The notes below the pieces were generated by a model that did not search any database, was not told the origin of the DNA, and saw only the letters and a list, made by a program, of their open reading frames with translations. DNA of 63,799 nt, counting the filler, from Chiloscyllium plagiosum (Eukaryota): assembly GCF_004010195.1 (NCBI RefSeq). It is 4 parts of one record of this genome, joined end to end, with 100 filler letters (N's around TTAATTAATTAA, not from the genome) between each part and the next. Parts side by side here need not be neighbours in the genome. Positions count along the whole stretch, not along the records: positions 51,752 to 59,006 come from NC_057715.1; positions 59,107 to 63,799 come from NC_057715.1; 2 more parts are not named here. One strand, given 5' to 3'. This document shows, in pieces, positions 53,520 through 63,799 of this stretch (position 1 is its first letter; every line of letters starts with the position of its first letter). Position numbers and translations under genes: made by a program.

Positions 53520-55545
53520 AGATTAGAGTGGTGCTGGAAAAGCTCAGGAGGTCAGGCAGCATCCGAGGAGCAGGAAAATCGATGTTTCGGGCANNNNNNN
53601 NNNNNNNNNNNNNNNNNNNNNNNNNNNNNNNNNNNNNNNNNNNNNNNNNNNNNNNNNNNNNNNNNNNNNNNNNNNNNNNNNNNNNNNNNNNNNNNNGGGT
53701 CCCGAGGCGGAAGATGAGGTGTTCTTCTTCCAGGCATCAGATGGTAAGGGAGAGGCGATGGAGGAGGCCCAGGACCTGCATGTCCTCAGCAGATTACGAG
53801 GTGGAGTTGAAACATTCAGCCACAGGGAGTTGGGGTTGATTGCGTGTGTCTTGGAGATGTTCTCTGAAGCGCTCTGTGAGTAGGCGTCCAGTCTCCCCAA
53901 TGTAGAGAAGACGCCATCAGGAGAAATGAATACAGTAAATGATATGTGTGGAAGTGCAGGTAAAACTTTGATGGATGTGGAAGTCTCCTTAAGGGCCTTT
54001 GGATGGAGGTAAGTGGGGAGGTGTGGGCGCAAGTTTCTATGATAACTTTGTATGATGATAACTATGATAACTTTGTGACAGGGCCCTCAGCCGTATTCAA
54101 CCTATCTCTCTATCCTCAGCCCTCAACCCCTCTCTTCCTTACCAAAATGATAGGGACTTTCCTCGTCTTCACTTACCACCCCATCATCATCCAGATCCAA
54201 AGAATTTCCACTACCTCCAATGGGATGCCACCACCAAACATATATTCCCCTCCCCTTCCTTGTTCGCCTTCAGCAGGGACTGTTCCCTCTGGGGCACCTT
54301 GGTCCATTCCTCCATTCTGAACACCTTGCCATTTCCCCTGGCATTTACCCATGCAATCACAGAACTTCTCACACCTATCTGCTTACTTCCTCCCTCCTCA
54401 GTATCCAAGGCCCTAGACACACCTTCTTGGTGAAGCAGTGATTTACCTGTACTTCACTCAATCTATGATGTGGAGCTGTTGGTTGTGGACTGGGTTAGAC
54501 AAGTTCAAAAATCACATGATACCAGAATATAGTTCAACAGATTTATTTGAAATCACAAGCTTTATTTGGAAACAACATTTTCAATAAACCCATTGGACTA
54601 TAACCTGATAGTTTGTGATTTTTGACTTTCACTCAATCTCGTCCAAGGTATTCATTCCTCAACAATGTGGTCTCCTCTACTTTGGGGGGAGATGAAGCAC
54701 AGACTTGTGACTCGTTGCAGAACACCTACATTCTATCCACAGAAATGACCCTGAATTTCCAGTTGCTTGCCATTTTAACACACAACCATGTTCTGTGGCC
54801 AACATCTTTTGTGGGCCCATGTTTTGTGGGCGGCACGGTGGCACAGTGGTTAGCACTGCTGCCTCGCAGCGCAAGAGACCCGGGTTCAATTCCCGACTCA
54901 GGCGAATGACTGTGTGGAGTTTGCACGTTCTCCCCGTGTCTGCGTGGGTTTCCTCCGGGGGCTCCGGTTTCCTCCCACAGTCCAAAGATGTGCAGGTCAG
55001 TTGGGCCGAAGGGCCTGTTTCCACACTGTAAGTAATCTAATCTAATCTAATCTAATCTCTGTCTTCAGGCTTGTTGCACTGCTCTAGCAAAACTCAGTAC
55101 AGATTGGAAGAACAACATCTTTTTTTCCTTTTGCGCAATCTTCTGGACTCAATATTGGGTTCAATAATTTTAGGGCCTGAACACCTTCTCCCATGTCCTT
55201 ACCCCAATCAACACACATCAGACCTTGTCATCACAGGGGTTGCTACCTCAAACAACCCATTATCAGACACTAACAGTCCTCATTACCACCTATTCATTCT
55301 CTCAGACTGACCTTTATCCATTCCTTTGTCTGCATAACTGTATTTCTCTCTCTCTCTGGACGCTATCCCCCTCCCCCACTCCATCTTCAGCATATAGACT
55401 AATCTTTTCCAAGCTACAATCAGCTTTGAAGAAGGGTCACTGGGCCCAAAACATTAACTGTGCTTTCTCTGCACAGGTACTGCCAGATCTGCTGAATTTT
55501 TCCAGCTATTTCTGATTTTATTTTTGATTTCCAGCTTCCACAGCT
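53520..55545. mobile_element. PLE fragments (minus 53520-54035, plus 54080-55545) with nested V-SINE (54828-55057)
   Basis: GIY-YIG remnants on both strands; SINE with an internal deletion and (TCTAA)n tail. Confidence 0.72.
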
Positions 55546-56795
55546 CTTTTGTTATATATAAATGCAGGGAATGTTACTCAAAGGGATGTGGTTGTTGGGA
55601 ATAGCATTGGGAGAGTACATGGATGACCTGCTAATTCCTGTCTGGTATAAAAATGAAACTGGAAAGGTAGCTCGACCATGGCGAACAAGCGATATTAAGG
55701 ATGGTATTAGATCCAAGTAATGGGCATGAAAGTTGGCCAAAAAAAGCAGCAGACCTGAGAATTGGGAGCAAGATTTCAGGACAATGAGCTTGATTAAAAG
55801 GGTGGAAACTAAGTGTGAGAGTAATCTTGAGAGAAATGTACAAATTGATTATAAAAGTTTCTTTAGGTATGTGAAGAGACAAAAGATTAATGAAGAGAAA
55901 TATAGCTCCCTCTCAGTCAGAAACCAGATAAGTTATGGTGGGAAATAAAGACATGGCGGACCAAATAAGTACATATTTTGGTTCTGTCTTCACAATAGAA
56001 ATCACAAATAATGTCCCAAAAATGTTGGGGGAAAAAACAGTAGGCTTTCACCCTCAAAATTTCAGTTATGGAGGTTTCATCATCCTTTTGTTTCTAAATG
56101 AAGCAGTTTCAGGGAACACAAAGCCGAACAAGCCTACTATATGCAATAAAGTTAAACTATAAATAGCAATACTTCCAGTGAAACATTTGCTGGACTATTT
56201 CAGTTATTAATGACGTAAATACAGCATTGCTCGTTGAAGTGCAGACTACATTAAAATTATTCTGATGGTCTAATATGAAATCAAATGCTATATTTTTACT
56301 CTGTTTAGTGAGACAGTGGATTTCAAAAGCATTTTGTTTGCACCTTCACATTAACAGCAGAATATTTTTATCAAACGCAATAAACCACATGTTGCTGTGA
56401 AGCAACTAAATTGCCACAGCTGATGATGTGGAGATACCAGTGTTGGACTGGGGTGGACAAGGTCACAAAGCCCCAGGTTATAACCCAACAGGTTTATTTG
56501 AATCACAAGCTCCTTCATCAGGTGAAGTGGAGGGAAGCACATAGGCATAGAATTTATTGGCGGAGTGAGTGGAGTGTCAACAGGCTGAATAATAAGTCTT
56601 TGCAAGTGATCAAAAGTTTCAGATGGTGTGAGTAAAGTGTCAAAGCTGAATAGCAAGTGAAGGGATAACCTGTGATCCAATTAATTGAGGCAGACTGATA
56701 ATTATAAAAATTAAAAATAAGATGGTGCTGGAGACAAACCAAATTGCTGGAATAATATGATAGATATAAGAGCCTTTGAAATGAATTTTTTTTTT

Positions 56796-58338
56796 GAGTG
56801 GGAGCAGCGGCCGAGTAAAGGCGAACCCGGGAGACTACAGCTAAGGTAAGACAGTTTGTTTCAAAATTACTTACCTGTAGCGGGCAGCGGTGTTTTTTTT
56901 TCTCTCTTCACAAAAAGAGCGGGAGCAGCAGAGGAAGTGACGGCAAACAGAGGGGCAGCCGGGAAGGAGAACTGTGAGTATAAATACTCACCCTTTAATC
57001 ACCAACGGTCATTCGAGTGGGAGCAGCGGCCGAGTAAAGGCGAACCCGGGAGACTACAGCTAAGGCAAAACAGTTTGTTTCAAAATTACTTACCTGTAGC
57101 GGGCAGCGGTGTTTCTTTTTCTCTCTTCACAAAAAGAGCGGGAGCAGCAGAGGAAGTGACGGCAAACAGAGGGGCAGCCGGGAAGGAGAACTGTGAGTAT
57201 AAATACTCACCCTTTAATCACCAACGGTCATTCGAGTGGGAGCAGCGGCCGAGTAAAGGCGAACCCGGGAGACTACAGCTAAGGTAAAACAGTTTGTTTC
57301 AAAATTACTTAACTGTAGCGGGCAGCGGTGTTTTTTATTCTCTCTTCACAAAAAGAGCGGGAGCAGCAGAGGAAGTGACGGCAAACAGAGGGGCAGCCGG
57401 GAAGGAGAACTGTGAGTATAAATACTCACCCTTTAATCACCAACGGTCATTCGAGTGGGAGCAGCGGCCGAGTAAAGGCGAACCCGGGAGACTACAGCTA
57501 AGGTAAAACAGTTTGTTTCAAAATTACTTACCTGTAGCGGGCAACGGTGTTTTCTTTCTCTCTTCACAAAAAGAGCGGGAGCAGCAGAGGAAGTGACGGC
57601 AAACAGAGGGGCAGCCGGGAAGGAGAACTGTGAGTATAAATACTCACCCTTTAATCACCAACGGTCATTCGAGTGGGAGCAGCGGCCGAGTAAAGGCGAA
57701 CCCGGGAGACTACAGCCAAGGTAAAAGAGTTTGTTTCAAAATTACTTACCTGTAGCGGGCAACGGTGTTTTCTTTCTCTCTTCACAAAAAGAGCGGGAGC
57801 AGCAGAGGAAGTGACGGCAAACAGAGGGGCAGCCGGGAAGGAGAACTGTGAGTATAAATACTCACCCTTTAATCACCAACGGTCATTCGAGTGGGAGCAG
57901 CGGCCGAGTAAAGGCGAACCCGGGAGACTACAGCCAAGGTAAAAGAGTTTGTTTCAAAATTACTTACCTGTAGCGGGCAACGGTGTTTTCTTTCTCTCTT
58001 CACAAAAAGAGCGGGAGCAGCAGAGGAAGTGACGGCAAACAGAGGGGCAGCCGGGAAGGAGAACTGAGTATAAATACTCACCCTTTAATCACCAACGGTC
58101 ATTCGAGTGGGAGCAGCGGCCGAGTAAAGGCGAACCCGGGAGACTACAGCTAAGGCAAAACAGTTTGTTTCAAAATTACTTACCTGTACCGGGCAGCGGT
58201 GTTTTTTATTCTCTCTTCACAAAAAGAGCGGGAGCAGCAGAGGAAGTGACGGCAAACAGAGGGGCAGCCGGGAAGGAGAACTGTGAGTATAAATACTCAC
58301 CCTTTAATCACCAACGGTCATTTGAGTGGGAGCAGCGG
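56796..58338 (+). repeat. Tandem array, 7 complete 216-219-bp monomers plus a partial eighth, forming the 5' end of a CR1 element
   Basis: Monomers start GAGTGGGAGCAGCGG at 56796, 57015, 57234, 57453, 57671, 57889, 58105 and 58324; only a few differences per unit; CpGs intact. Confidence 0.97.
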
Positions 58339-58531
58339 AAGTGAGGTTGGAGCGCATAGCTGGGCGGGAAGGTAAGCGATTAGTATTTGAGTGGGTGTGT
58401 TCTAGACCCCAGGTCCTACTTCCGTAGGGCCTCCCTCCCACCCTCCTCCTCGAACCTAACTTTAAAGTCCACAGGTAAGTGACTCAGTGTTATTGACTCA
58501 GCGCTCTTGTTTTTGGAGAAAGTGTACAGTC

Positions 58532-59006
58532 ATGGCAGCGCAGGCAGTGGAATGTTCCTCCTGCAGGATGTTTGAGGTAGGGGTGACCACCGATACTCCT
58601 GCCAACTTCGTCTGCAGGAAATGCAGTCAGATCCTGACCCTCACCGAACGAGTTAGGGAACTGGAACTGGAGTTGGATGAACTGAGGATTATTCGAGAGG
58701 CTGAGAGGGTGATTGATAGAAGCTACAGGGACATAGTAACGCCGGAGAACAGAGGTAGCTGGGTAACAGTTAGAGGTGGGAAGGGGAAGAAGCAGGCAGT
58801 GCAGGGTTCCCCTGTGGTCGTCCCCCTAAAAAATAAATATACAGCTTTGGAAACTGTTGGGGGGGACAGCGTTGCAGGTGTAAGCTGCAGTGAAGGGGTC
58901 TGTGGCACTGAGACTCAGAAGGGAAAGGGGGAGAGGAGGAGAGCGCTAGTTATAGGGGACTCTCTAGTTAGAGGGACGGACAGGCGGTTCTGTGGACATG
59001 GGCAAG
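58532..59006 (+). CDS. CR1 LINE ORF1p (C2C2 zinc finger, coiled coil, start of SGNH/GDSL esterase); truncated by gap
   Basis: gtcATGg start; MAAQAVECSSCRMFE...FVCRKCSQI..LTERVRELELELDELR...VPLKNKYTALE...ALVIGDSLVRGTDRRFCG; open to the gap. Confidence 0.9.
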
Positions 59007-59106
59007 NNNNNNNNNNNNNNNNNNNNNNNNNNNNNNNNNNNNNNNNNNNNTTAATTAATTAANNNNNNNNNNNNNNNNNNNNNNNNNNNNNNNNNNNNNN
59101 NNNNNN

Positions 59107-59212
59107 CACACACACACATATGCACACACCACACACACACTCACACATTTGCACACATGCACATCACACACACACACACACACACACACACATGCGCGCA
59201 GCCACACACACA
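59107..59212. repeat. (CA)n microsatellite
   Basis: Interrupted CA dinucleotide run next to the gap. Confidence 0.95.
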
Positions 59213-61890
59213 ATTTTTTACTGCAATGTTTTGACAGGTTCCATCTCTGCCCTGTAGATGACAATGTTGGACAGATTATCTGGGGAAGAGGTGGTGGAGT
59301 TTAGGGTACACCCCTCTAGAATCCAGGGAAAGTGTGGGGAGACAGAGAGGGTGGGACGGCAGTCATTTTGAGATGGTGCCTGTTTAATCTCTATAAACAA
59401 AAGACGCAATCACTGTTGGAAACACATTTTTGATTAATGTTTCTATCGGACCTCGAGATCTCCTTCGGATAATCCAATTTTCGGATAATTGGTATTTGGA
59501 TAATCGAGGTTCCTCTGGACTTCTGCTCTTCAATAATATACCATAGGCTGCAACACAAACTACCATTGTAATGCTGCTGTAAGGAAGTTGTGCACACAGC
59601 AACCATTACCCATCACCCAGCTAATGGATTGGGCCAGACTATAATTCTACACTCTTTGCTTGCTATTATCGTGTTCAATCACTCTGAGTTTATCCAGATG
59701 GGCACCACAACACCCCAGCCTTACTTTGCCTTTTTGTGTTTTGCACCTCAGTTGGAGATACCAGGCTGAAAGAATTGCTTTACTTTGCTGCACCAACACA
59801 AAGCCAGAAAAGTTGTCATGGTTGTCAAAAGTGTTCAGTCATTTGAGGAGAGATAGCCTTTGCTAAGGCAGTCCCAGCACAGTAAGTCATCCGCAGCCTC
59901 CAACACCAGTGCAAAGGCTGCACTGTGAGCCTCTCAATTATCAGAGTTAGGCTTCTGTCCATGAAATGGGTTGGGGAACCTACCACCCATCTTGACTCTT
60001 TTTTTATTCATTCATGGAATCTTGGCATTATTGGCTAGGCCAGCATTTATTACCCATCCCTAATTTCCCAGAGGGCAGTTAATAGTCAACCATATTATTC
60101 TGGAGTCACGTATAGGCCACACCAGATAAGGATAGCAATTTCCTTCCCTAATTGTAATGTACCCGCTTTGACTTCCTTGTTGACAGTTTTTTTCAGTGCA
60201 TTTGGTCAAATACGAAGCTGTATATTAATATGGCAACTTGTATAAAGGATATTAGTGAACCCGCTGCGTTTTTCCAACAATCACCAATGAAGTCATGGTC
60301 ATCGTTAGCCTTAGGCTTCCAGATTTTGTTATTGCATTCAAATTCAACAATCTGCCATGGTAGGAATGAGCCCATGCCCCTGGGACATTATCCAGACTAC
60401 CGGATTAACCATCCAATGATAATGCCACTCAGCCATTGCCTCCCCTATATGCTTCTGCCCTATTATGGGCAGTTTTCCACCTGGAATATGAGAGCAGTAG
60501 GTATTACAAGAAATGAAAGTGGATGACACAGCTTTCATTTTCGGTACAGGTGGGGAGGTGTCATGAGTAAGTGAGTAGGAAGTACACAGCCATGTAGGGT
60601 TAGCGGTTTTAGAAGTTAGGAATGGGTGACAGTGGGCAGGGAAGATGGTGCAGGCAATAGTGACAATGGTAGAGAATGAGGCTTGGTGAGAGGTGGATGC
60701 CATAACAGAGATAGAGTGAGTATAAGGTACGAGAGAGAAGATGTTGACACTTACATTTGCAGAATGAACAAGTTCTGGCTCCCTCCCTTCATCTCTTTTG
60801 AAGTTTACCTTCTTGACCCAAGTTAATTTTACTATCCTAATGTAAGCCTCTTGAAAATCCAGATGGCTTTTCCGGAATAGCTTTCTTTGCTGGAATCTTG
60901 CAGTATCTGCAGGATTTCTGAATTTTTGACAGCTTTCTGTCATACTGGAGAACTTGGCTGAAAGTATTAGTTGTATTCAGCTCCTCACTACTGTCTTCCA
61001 CAGTTGAATATTAGGGTTTTTTTTGGGTAAGTGCCAGTTGCCTTGAATTTTTTGGAAAGATATGTGGCCATATCTTACTAAACGTGCCTCATTAACTGCC
61101 TACCCCACTCCAATGGCATCCCTGCCAGCTGGTTTGATCCTCATCTTTCAATGCATTGGACCCAGAAAAACTTGCTACTACTGGGATATCCCAGAATTGA
61201 CCAGCATCACTGGCGTGAATGCCATCTTTAAAAGGCCTCAGGGCATCCATGGTGCAAGCATTTTCAGCCTGGAGCCACACTGCACGGTTCATGATGTTGG
61301 CTACAGATGTGGCAGACAAGAGGAATTTGCCAGTACACTTTGCCAGAGGGAGGCAGAAGTTGTGCTTGGTGGATTGGTATGAAGGCCGGAACTTCATTCT
61401 GCTGCAGAATTAGCAGGAGAGGCCGTGACACTAGACATTCCAGCCTGGCTCAAGATTGCCACATGGGATATACTGGAGGAATGGAGAACAGAAGAGTCAC
61501 CAGACCTAAAAAGTGTACTCTGTTTTCTCTCCACAACGCTGACAAACCTGCTGAATTTCTCCAGCAATTTCTGATTTTGTTTCAGATTTCGAGCATAGAC
61601 AATTCTTTGATTTACTCGACGTTTGTTTGATATTTACCTCTAGGTTCTCTTCTCCAGGCACCACAATTAATTGGCTAAGACTTTCCAATCATTATTGGAA
61701 CAGTTTTGACCAATATCAATCTCCTTTCTGACTACTTATTTGCCCGTGGATTTCTGAGTTACATCCTGTCAGAGAAAATTGGGAAGAAATCCACTGAGGA
61801 CAGTCGCAGCTCTGGAGCCAAGTCATGCCCTTTATTTGAACAGCACTTGCTGCTGCATTTCAGGAGTTAAATTATTTAAAGGTCTCAAAA

Positions 61891-62165
61891 CTCCTTTGAC
61901 AGTTACTGAGGAGAGCTAAGTGTGTGAGGTAAGGTGCCAGATGACTAAGTGTCAGATGTCTGCTATTTGGACATGGATAGGTGGTGGATTGGTTTGGGAG
62001 GGAGGATGAATGTTGGGGGAGAAGCAAGCTCCTTTGACAGTTACTGAGGAGAGCTAAGTGTGTGAGGTAAGGTGCCAGATGACTAAGTGGAAAGTCTGCT
62101 ATTTGGACATGGATAGGTGGTGGATTGGTTTGGGAGGGAGGATGGATGTTGGGGGAGAAGCGAGA
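61891..62165. repeat. Direct tandem duplication, 2 x ~138 bp
   Basis: CTCCTTTGACAGTTACTGAGG...GGGGGAGAAGC at 61891-62028 and 62029-62165, few mismatches. Confidence 0.93.
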
Positions 62166-62739
62166 GTGCCAGGTGGGTTGAGTGGTTAGCCAGAGGAGTT
62201 GGGCATAGTGTGGCAGTCGGGTGAGGTGCTAGTGTCTCAAGTGTATTGGGGGTGAGAGTGCCAGGTGGTGAGGGGGTAAAAGTGTGAGGTGATTGAGACG
62301 TAGGGCATCTGGGCCATAAAGTTGCTAGAGGTCCAAGGGAGAACTAAAAGGATATCAGGTGTGATAAGACAGATGTATGAGGGATGATCTAACAAAAGCC
62401 TGTAAAATTCTAACAGGAGAAGAGAGGTTAAAAGTCGGCAAGATATTCTTGATTACTGAAGATTGCAGATCCAAAGGTCACAGCTGATGCATATGGGCTT
62501 GACTGTTTAGGACTGAGATGAAGAGAATTTTTTTCTTCACTCAGAGTGGTGATCCTCTAGAATTCTCCACCACAGAAATGGTTGAGGCCAAAACATTGTT
62601 TTCTAGTAGGAGTTAGATATAGATTGATATAGCTGGGTGGCACATGATTCAGTTGTTAGCATGCTGCCTCCGCAGCACCAGGGACCTGGTTTTCATGCCA
62701 AACCAGAGTGGCTACCTGTGCAGAGTTCGCACACAGCAC

Positions 62740-63315
62740 ATAGAATGTTAAGCACAGCAGAGGCCCTTCGGCCTTCGAGGTTGCGCCGACCTATGAAATT
62801 AATCTGATGCCCATCTAACCGAATCCGTTCCTTTATTATCCATATATATGTCCAATGTCCATTTAATTGCCCTTATCGTTGGCGAGTCTACTACTGTTGC
62901 AGGCCGGTTGTTCCACGCCCTACTTCTCTCTGAGTAAAGAACCTACCCCTGATATCTGTCCAATATCTATCACCCCTCAGTTTAAAGCCATGTCCCCTCG
63001 TGTTAGCCTTCACCATCCAAGAAAAAAGGCTCTCACTGTCCACCCTATTTAACTCTCTGATTATCTTATACATCTCGATTATGTCACCTCTCAAACTTCT
63101 TCTCTCCAGCAAAAACAGCCTCAATTCCCTCAGCCTTTCCTCATAAGACATTCCCTCCATACCAGGCAACATCCTGGTAAATCTCCTGTGAACCTTTTCC
63201 CAAGCTTCCACATGCAGTGACCAGAACTATAAGCAATACTCCAAGTGTGGCCTTACCAGTCTCTTGTACAGCTGAAGCATGATCTCGTGGCACCGAAACT
63301 CAAACCACTACCAAT
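62740..63315 (-). mobile_element. CR1 3' fragment
   Basis: EKVHRRFTRMLPGMEGMSYEERLRELRLFLLERRSLRGDIIE. Confidence 0.9.
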
Positions 63316-63339
63316 AACTGTGGAAAAACTGTGGAATAG

Positions 63340-63799
63340 GATGTGGAAGATATAGACTGTAGGGAAATAGATCGTGACAGCTTGCAAAATGTCCAGATTA
63401 CAGAGGAGGAAGTGCTGGATGTCTTGAAACAGTGAGAGGTGGATAAATCCCCAGGACCTGATCAGGTGTACCCGAGAACTCTGTGGGAAGCTAGAGAAGT
63501 GATTGCTGGGCCTCTTGCTGAGATATTTGTATCATCGATAGTCACAGGTGAGGTGCCGGAAGACTGGAGGTTGGCAAAGGTGGTGCCACTGTTTAAGAAG
63601 GGCGGTAAAGACAAGCCAGGGAACTATAGACTGGTGAGCCTGACCTCGGTGGTAGGCAGGTTGTTGGAGGGAAACCTGAGGGACAAGATGTACATGTATT
63701 TGGAAAGGCAAGGACTGATTCGGGATAGTCAACATGGCTTTGTGCGTGGGAAATCATGTCTCACAAACTTGATTGAGTATTTTGAAGAAGTAACAAAGA
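63340..63799 (+). mobile_element. CR1 RT fragment, same young subfamily as 28390-28879; runs off window
   Basis: KSPGPD, PEDWRLAKVVPLFKKG, QHGFVRGKSCLTNLIE; visibly high identity to the earlier copy. Confidence 0.92.

Noticed and set aside
56796..57014. HDV-like or hammerhead ribozyme in the monomer
   Set aside because: No CUGANGA/GAAA core or nested double pseudoknot could be assembled by eye.
56796..58338. Array as a CRISPR locus, tRNA/snRNA gene cluster or repeat protein (ORFs 56856-57287, 57294-57506)
   Set aside because: No unique spacers and no recognisable RNA gene fold or boxes; frames are broken by stops and by 216/218-bp units; the array is contiguous with CR1 ORF1.
60344..60943. 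199-aa minus-strand ORF
   Set aside because: No recognisable domain, overlaps repeat remnants, no credible splice context.
62740..63799. Twin-primed inversion of a single CR1
   Set aside because: The two oppositely oriented pieces appear to be from different subfamilies (the minus piece's 3' region differs from the young-family copies), so independent insertions are more likely.

Overview
Repeat-rich vertebrate genomic DNA. The tRNA-derived V-SINE/HE1-type SINEs with (TCTAA)n tails, CR1 LINEs and Penelope-like elements point to a shark, probably an orectolobiform such as a bamboo shark (inference). Four host exons are recognisable. Two are the last coding exons of claudin-10 on the minus strand (19852-19959 and 13881-14016, ending KQFDKNAYV*). 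Two are ABCC4/MRP4 exons on the plus strand (47749-47838 and 50605-50768). The genes are divergent, matching the human CLDN10-ABCC4 neighbourhood. The 5' exons of both genes were not found, and an artificial 100-nt spacer (N44-TTAATTAATTAA-N44) lies between them. The rest is nested mobile DNA: a decayed endogenous retrovirus with an LTR and tRNA-Ser-type PBS inserted in a Tx1/L1 LINE, CR1 fragments, a second non-LTR family, Penelope-like elements with inverted arms and minimal hammerhead ribozyme cores, a DeuSINE, MITEs and a solo LTR. The most notable item is a young CR1 element whose 5' end is a 7x ~219-bp tandem array. Each monomer has an ETS/CRE-like motif, a palindrome-embedded TATA box and an initiator positioned at the monomer boundary. 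Most short ORFs in the supplied track are spurious reads through repeats.
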